Assembly (NCBI GenBank): GCA_017621705.1
Contig: JAGASR010000036.1
Coordinates: 6,837-70,836 of the forward strand
DNA from: Clostridia bacterium
GTDB taxonomy: Bacteria; Bacillota; Clostridia; Oscillospirales; UBA644
Length of the DNA stretch: 64,000 nucleotides
Direction of reading: 5' to 3'
Shown piece after piece: positions 59,450 through 64,000 of the stretch. The notes beneath the pieces are model-generated. The model worked only from the letters and a program-made list of their open reading frames with translations, made no database searches and was not told the origin of the DNA. The number at the start of each line of letters is the position of its first letter. Position 1 is the stretch's first letter. The position numbers were made by a program, and so were the translations under genes.

Positions 59450-61621
59450 ATGACAGATACAGCAAAAAATAAACAATACATCAGCGATTCAAGTCTTCTG
59501 TCTGAATGGGACTGGGAGAAGAACACAGAACTCGGTCTTGATCCTGAAAAACTATCACACGGAAGCACTAAATATGCATATTGGATTTGTGAAAAAGGTC
59601 ATCACTATAAAGCACGAATTGATCACCGTTTCATTATGAAATCAGGTTGCCCGTATTGTGCCGGAAAAATCCCAATTAATGGCGAGAATGACTTGGCTTC
59701 ACAATATCCAGAACTGATAAAAGAGTGGAACTATAATAAAAACGACAAAGAACCTCAAGATTATATATATGGATCAAATAAAAAAGTATGGTGGATTTGT
59801 CAAAAATGCGGACATGAATGGCAGACAGCCATATCTCATAGAACTAAAAGAGATACAGGTTGCCCTATATGTGCAAAAGAACAAAGAGTTAATACAAGAA
59901 ACAAAAAATTTATTGTCCAACGAGGCTCTTTAGCAGAAAATATGCCTGAACTATGTGCTGAATGGGATTATCAAAAGAATGCCCCACTAATACCCGATGA
60001 TGTAACTATAAAATCCAATAAAAAAGTGTGGTGGATTTGTCAAAAATGTGGGTTATCTTATGGTCAAACTGTCGCTAATCATAGTATTGGAGAAGGCTGT
60101 CCTGCTTGTGCAGGGAAAAATGTGGTTGAAGGACATAATGATCTTCAATCACAAAGGTCGAAAATCCTAAAAAGAAAAAACGCACCACTTAATAGTAATT
60201 TAAAACACAAGAACATTACAGCCTATACAAATAAATATGTGGTTAAAAGAAATAACAATCTTCAATCTCAAGGTATAAATATCCCAAAAGAAAAAAGTAC
60301 AACACCTAATAGTGATTTAAAACACAAGTACATTACAACCTATGCAAATAAATATGTGGTTGAAGGCCAAAATGATCTTCAATCGCAATGCCCCGATATT
60401 GTAAAAGAGTGGCATCCAACACTTAATGGGGAATTAAAGCCTAATCAAGTTACAGCATATAATGATAGACGAATATGGTGGCATTGTTCAAAATGCAACT
60501 ATGATTGGGAAGCAACGATCTATTCAAGAACAGGACTGGGTACAGGTTGTCCTGCTTGTGCTGGAAGAGTTGTAATAAAAGGGAAAAATGACCTATCAAC
60601 AACATATCCGGAAATAGCTAAACAATGGCATCCAACAAAAAATAATGGATTGTTGCCATCAGAAGTAACGGCAAAAAGCAATAAGCCAGTCTGGTGGCTG
60701 TGTGACAAAGGGCATGAATGGAAAACCCGAATTGCTACAAGGACAAGAGGTAGAGGCTGTCCTGAATGTGCAAAAGTTAATAGAGGCAAGTCTCGAACTA
60801 AAACCACTGTATTAAAAAAGGGAAGTTTAAAAGACAATTATCCAGAATTAGCGAAACAGTGGCATCCAACAAAAAATAAAGACCTTACCCCCGAAATGAT
60901 ATCTTCAGGTTCCTCGAAGAAAGTTTGGTGGCAGTGTGAACTTGGACATGAATGGAAAGCAAATATAAATTCAAGAACTAAAGGGAACGGATGCCCAATC
61001 TGTGCTAAAGAATCTTTCACTTCATATCCTGAACAAATTATTTTTTATTATCTATCCAAAGTAACGAGAACAATTAATAGATATGAAATAGAAGGAAATG
61101 AAATTGATGTTTTTCTTCCGGATCTTTCTGTTGGAATAGAATATAATAGTACATATTATCACAAAGATAGAAGGGATTCCGATATCAAAAAAGTTTCTTT
61201 CTTTTCACAAAGAGGAATTAAGGTTATCAGAATAGAAGAAGGAGAAATAGATACTTTTGATGATGATGTAATTATTTATAAATATAAAGATAAATATTAT
61301 AAAGATTTCGAAATAATTATAACGCAGTTATTGTCAAGGCTTTCACTTCCAATGGTAGATGTAAATATCGAAAGAGATTCCCTAGAAATCTATAGCTCAT
61401 ATTTAACAGATAAAGGAAATGAAAGTTTGGCAGTCCAAAAACCTCAAATAGCCAAAGAATGGAATTATGAAAAAAATAAAGGACTAACACCTGAACAAGT
61501 TACATATGGATCAGATATTAAAGTATGGTGGAAATGTTCTAAATGTAATTATGAATGGGTCGCAGCCATTAGTTCCAGAAAAAATAGTAAATGTCCTCAA
61601 TGCCATAAAAAAGATTTATGA
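59450..61621 (+). CDS. multi-zinc-ribbon (DUF4379-like, 7 intact repeats) protein with PD-(D/E)XK / DUF559-like nuclease domain
   Basis: Start moved to MTDTAKNK (ATG 59450) after AAAGGAGA. Repeated module L..EW...KN..L.P..V...S.KKVWW.C..GHEW...I..RT...GCP.CA(G/K), six copies before and one copy after a segment EIDVFLPDLSVGIEYNSTYYH...GIKVIRIEE (D...D-x-(I/V)-E-Y core). A/T-rich, with codon usage unlike its neighbours. Confidence 0.75.
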   Translation: MTDTAKNKQYISDSSLLSEWDWEKNTELGLDPEKLSHGSTKYAYWICEKGHHYKARIDHRFIMKSGCPYCAGKIPINGENDLASQYPELIKEWNYNKNDKEPQDYIYGSNKKVWWICQKCGHEWQTAISHRTKRDTGCPICAKEQRVNTRNKKFIVQRGSLAENMPELCAEWDYQKNAPLIPDDVTIKSNKKVWWICQKCGLSYGQTVANHSIGEGCPACAGKNVVEGHNDLQSQRSKILKRKNAPLNSNLKHKNITAYTNKYVVKRNNNLQSQGINIPKEKSTTPNSDLKHKYITTYANKYVVEGQNDLQSQCPDIVKEWHPTLNGELKPNQVTAYNDRRIWWHCSKCNYDWEATIYSRTGLGTGCPACAGRVVIKGKNDLSTTYPEIAKQWHPTKNNGLLPSEVTAKSNKPVWWLCDKGHEWKTRIATRTRGRGCPECAKVNRGKSRTKTTVLKKGSLKDNYPELAKQWHPTKNKDLTPEMISSGSSKKVWWQCELGHEWKANINSRTKGNGCPICAKESFTSYPEQIIFYYLSKVTRTINRYEIEGNEIDVFLPDLSVGIEYNSTYYHKDRRDSDIKKVSFFSQRGIKVIRIEEGEIDTFDDDVIIYKYKDKYYKDFEIIITQLLSRLSLPMVDVNIERDSLEIYSSYLTDKGNESLAVQKPQIAKEWNYEKNKGLTPEQVTYGSDIKVWWKCSKCNYEWVAAISSRKNSKCPQCHKKDL
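60121..60354 (+). repeat. two 117-bp (39-codon) tandem units inside the zinc-ribbon gene, with a third unit continuing into repeat 4
   Basis: TGTGGTT(G/A)AA(G/A)G...AATGATCTTCAATC(A/T/G)CAA recurs at 60121, 60238 and 60355 (period exactly 117). The units encode VVEGHNDLQSQ.../VVKRNNNLQSQ.../VVEGQNDLQSQ... but lack the Cys pairs. Confidence 0.8.
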
Positions 61622-61644
61622 TATATTACTAATAAAAAAAAGTT

Positions 61645-61685
61645 AAAACACAGTCCTCAAAAATAAATCGAGAACTGTGTTTTTC
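61645..61685. terminator. bidirectional terminator
   Basis: AAAACACAGT...ACTGTGTTTT with flanking A/T runs. It lies between convergent genes. Confidence 0.65.
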
Positions 61686-61687
61686 AT

Positions 61688-62752
61688 TTATTTCATATAA
61701 TCCGCGCAAGCTTTGATATATGCGATGACGTTTTCGACGGGGACTTCGGGTTCGAGAAGATGTGTCGGACAGACGAAGAGGCCTCCTTTTTCGCCTGCGA
61801 TATCGAGGTTTTCGAAGACGGTACGTCTGACATCGTCGGGAGTTCCGAAAGGCATGACGCTCTGGGTGCCGAGCGTTCCGTGGAAAGAAAGTCTGTCGCC
61901 GTATTTTTCATGAAGATCGCGAAAATCCATAGTTTCGGGCTGAACGGGGTTGAGAACATCAATACCCGCTTTGATGAGCGAGGGAATGAGCTCAGTCACA
62001 CGTCCGCATGAATGATAAAAGACAACTATATCGGGATTTATCGCGCGTGCGGCATCGATAACGCGCTTATGACGAGGCATGAGCCATTCTTCGTAAAGAC
62101 CGATACTCATCATGATCGTATGCTGCATACCGATATCGTCGCCGAGGAAAATCGCATCGGCGCCTGCTTCGGCATACGCTTCGGCCTGCATGACGGCAAT
62201 ATCCGTGACTTTATCGAGAAGAACGGTCGCCATTTCGTCCTCGGAAAGCATATCGCACATCAGATTTTCCATGCCACGCATATACCATGATCTTTCCCAG
62301 ACGGTCGTCTGCATCGCACCCATTGCGGGGCGACCGTTTGCATGGATACGGTCAGTCTGAGCTTTCATTTCGGGAAGCATGGATTTATCAAATACGGGGA
62401 ACGGATACTCGAGTATCTGCTCGACGGAATCGAATTTATCCATCGGATGATGCATATACGTCATATGATATGCATATTTTGAGCCGGGTTCATGGGCAAC
62501 GCCCCAACCGTTTATCGAAGTGCCTTCTTTGAACGATTTATCTTTATAATATTTATCGCGAAAAACATTGCCGTCGGTCCATTTTGCGGAAATTCCTGGG
62601 ATATAATCGACATCCCAGGGGACATCTATCGGATTTTCTTTGATATATTCATTATATTTCTGCGAAAGAGACGGACACATACTAAAAGAAACAGGCATTC
62701 TTTCATAGCCTTTTCTTTTTGCTATGGAGATAAAATTTTCTCTGTCAGTCAT
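61688..62752 (-). CDS. uroporphyrinogen decarboxylase (URO-D) family protein, non-haem context
   Basis: 354 aa. The pattern ADAIFLGDDIGMQ, FYHSCGRVTELIPSLIKAGIDVLNPVQPE, FGTPDDVRRTV and PEVPVENVIA is typical of URO-D/MtaA-like TIM barrels. RBS GGAGGA. Confidence 0.7.
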   Translation of the reverse strand: MTDRENFISIAKRKGYERMPVSFSMCPSLSQKYNEYIKENPIDVPWDVDYIPGISAKWTDGNVFRDKYYKDKSFKEGTSINGWGVAHEPGSKYAYHMTYMHHPMDKFDSVEQILEYPFPVFDKSMLPEMKAQTDRIHANGRPAMGAMQTTVWERSWYMRGMENLMCDMLSEDEMATVLLDKVTDIAVMQAEAYAEAGADAIFLGDDIGMQHTIMMSIGLYEEWLMPRHKRVIDAARAINPDIVVFYHSCGRVTELIPSLIKAGIDVLNPVQPETMDFRDLHEKYGDRLSFHGTLGTQSVMPFGTPDDVRRTVFENLDIAGEKGGLFVCPTHLLEPEVPVENVIAYIKACADYMK

Positions 62753-62782
62753 ACTTTTATCCTCCGTATATTATTTAGAAGA

Positions 62783-64000
62783 TTATTTTTCAATTCTGAA
62801 CAGTCTTGCGGTACGTTTTTTCAGACCTGCGGTGAGCGTATTTCCGTTAAAGGAATACGAAGTCTCAAGACTTACGGGATAAATACATTCTGCATTTGAG
62901 ATCTTGATATTTTTAAGAGGAATATCAAAAGTATCTTCTTCTCCGTCAATTCTCCAGACTGCAAGATAGATCTTGTCGCCGCAGTCGAGACCGAAAGAGA
63001 ACCATCCGTCGGAAAAATGAGGCATGCCTGTGGGATAGATAGGAAGTGCGGTTTTTATGTCGTTACGGATCTGTTTGTATACGGAAATCGCTTCCGAAAC
63101 CATTTCGAAGCCTTCGGGAGAAATTTCGGCAAGATGACCGCTCTGATGGATACGGACAAGAATTGCGTTGACCATATTCAATGCGACATTTTCGACATCG
63201 GCATTTCTGAGCGGATATGCCCAGACAGCGCACTGTTCGGGGCAGATGCCTGCGGAAGAAGCGGCGGCAATAACAGCATTTTTAAGGTAATCGGTCTGGT
63301 CACTGCTGGACTGGATGCTGTGACGGGAAAGCAAAGCGTATGTCGCGCGCATAGCACCGCTGGAGCAACATTCGATCGTCAGTTCGGGATATTTTGCAAA
63401 GACTTCATCCAGCCATGCAAGGTATGCTCGGTTATGACGAAGAAGACCGTCACAGAGGCTGTCGCTTCCGCATTCGGTACCGATACCTGCTTCGATATTG
63501 TAGTCCATTTTGATATAACCAACACCGTATTCGCAGACAAGGCGGTCGATTACGCCGAGAGTATATGCTCTGACGTCGGGATTGGAGAAATCGAGCTGAT
63601 AACGACCGTGGTCGATGACACGCTTACCGTGACGCATAAAGAACCAGTCGTCGGGCAGTTTATTTGCAAGCGGGCAATGAATACCCATTACTTCAATTTC
63701 AAGCCAGAGGCCCGGGATCATACCTTTTGATCTGATATAGTTAAGAGGTTCCTGAATACCGCCGGGAAAACGTGATTTTGAAGGCATCCATTCGCCGACG
63801 CCTGTCCACCAGTCTCCGTCGGAATACCAGCCGCAGTCGATACAGAAATATTCACAGCCTGCTTTTGCCGCCGCATCGATAAGGGGGAATAATTTCTGAG
63901 TTGTCGGGTCACCGCCGAGGCAGTTCATATAGTCGTTAAAAATAACGGGGAGTTTATCGTTATCGATATTGGGGCGACGGATCGCTCTGCGATATTTTGT
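62783..64000 (-). CDS. alpha-galactosidase, GH36, C-terminal ~400 aa (CDS continues beyond the right edge)
   Basis: CEYFCIDCGWY, GVGEWMPSKSRFPGG, GLWLEIE, IKMDYN (nucleophile region), CSSGAMR. The frame stays open upstream of the ORF-track Met (…PVIFNDYMNCLGG) to position 64000. Confidence 0.85.
   Translation of the reverse strand, partial: TKYRRAIRRPNIDNDKLPVIFNDYMNCLGGDPTTQKLFPLIDAAAKAGCEYFCIDCGWYSDGDWWTGVGEWMPSKSRFPGGIQEPLNYIRSKGMIPGLWLEIEVMGIHCPLANKLPDDWFFMRHGKRVIDHGRYQLDFSNPDVRAYTLGVIDRLVCEYGVGYIKMDYNIEAGIGTECGSDSLCDGLLRHNRAYLAWLDEVFAKYPELTIECCSSGAMRATYALLSRHSIQSSSDQTDYLKNAVIAAASSAGICPEQCAVWAYPLRNADVENVALNMVNAILVRIHQSGHLAEISPEGFEMVSEAISVYKQIRNDIKTALPIYPTGMPHFSDGWFSFGLDCGDKIYLAVWRIDGEEDTFDIPLKNIKISNAECIYPVSLETSYSFNGNTLTAGLKKRTARLFRIEK

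Noticed and set aside
59390-61690. Considered calling the A/T-rich zinc-ribbon/nuclease gene a mobile element or genomic islet.
   Set aside because: No integrase or transposase, flanking direct or inverted repeats, or tRNA target is visible. Only the compositional anomaly is reported.

Overview
This is a gene-dense chromosomal segment with about 55 CDS and low-to-mid GC. It looks like a Gram-positive anaerobe (Bacillota/Clostridia-like). Supporting signs are TTGACA-17-TATAAT promoters, GGAGG ribosome-binding sites, many lipobox lipoproteins, a Spo0A-C-domain protein, and GluRS plus GlnRS. I saw no rRNA, tRNA, CRISPR array, transposase or integrase. Main content, left to right:

- A partial radical-SAM DNA modification/repair gene, a sugar-phosphate isomerase and a leaderless GH18.
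- Seven paralogous ~460-aa lipoproteins with a solute-binding-protein-like motif layout (2457-18836, all minus strand). Most are separate promoter/terminator cassettes, and a complete BMP-family (nupNOPQ-like) nucleoside ABC operon sits in the middle.
- A VTC-domain/DUF4956 pair.
- A locus with a sensory-rhodopsin-transducer (ASRT) homologue but no rhodopsin.
- A MacB-type ABC transporter with a 733-aa repeat surface protein.
- rpmE convergently overlapping an lnt-like gene.
- gltX-glnS.
- Tandem duplicated Gfo/Idh/MocA oxidoreductases plus a MATE pump.
- A LytTR/DUF3021 pair.
- A cobalamin-riboswitch-led operon (40750-47084). It encodes DUF4430/transcobalamin-like surface proteins and a dedicated ECF transporter. 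I consider this the most interesting system.
- An orphan barstar gene, GH3, DUF4358+MBOAT, radA, a two-component system and trxA.
- An A/T-rich gene with seven zinc-ribbon repeats plus a PD-(D/E)XK-like nuclease domain.
- A GH36/URO-D-family operon that runs off the right edge.

All family assignments come from motif recognition by eye and memory. No database search was run, and coordinates of starts that I moved relative to the ORF track are justified by RBS spacing.
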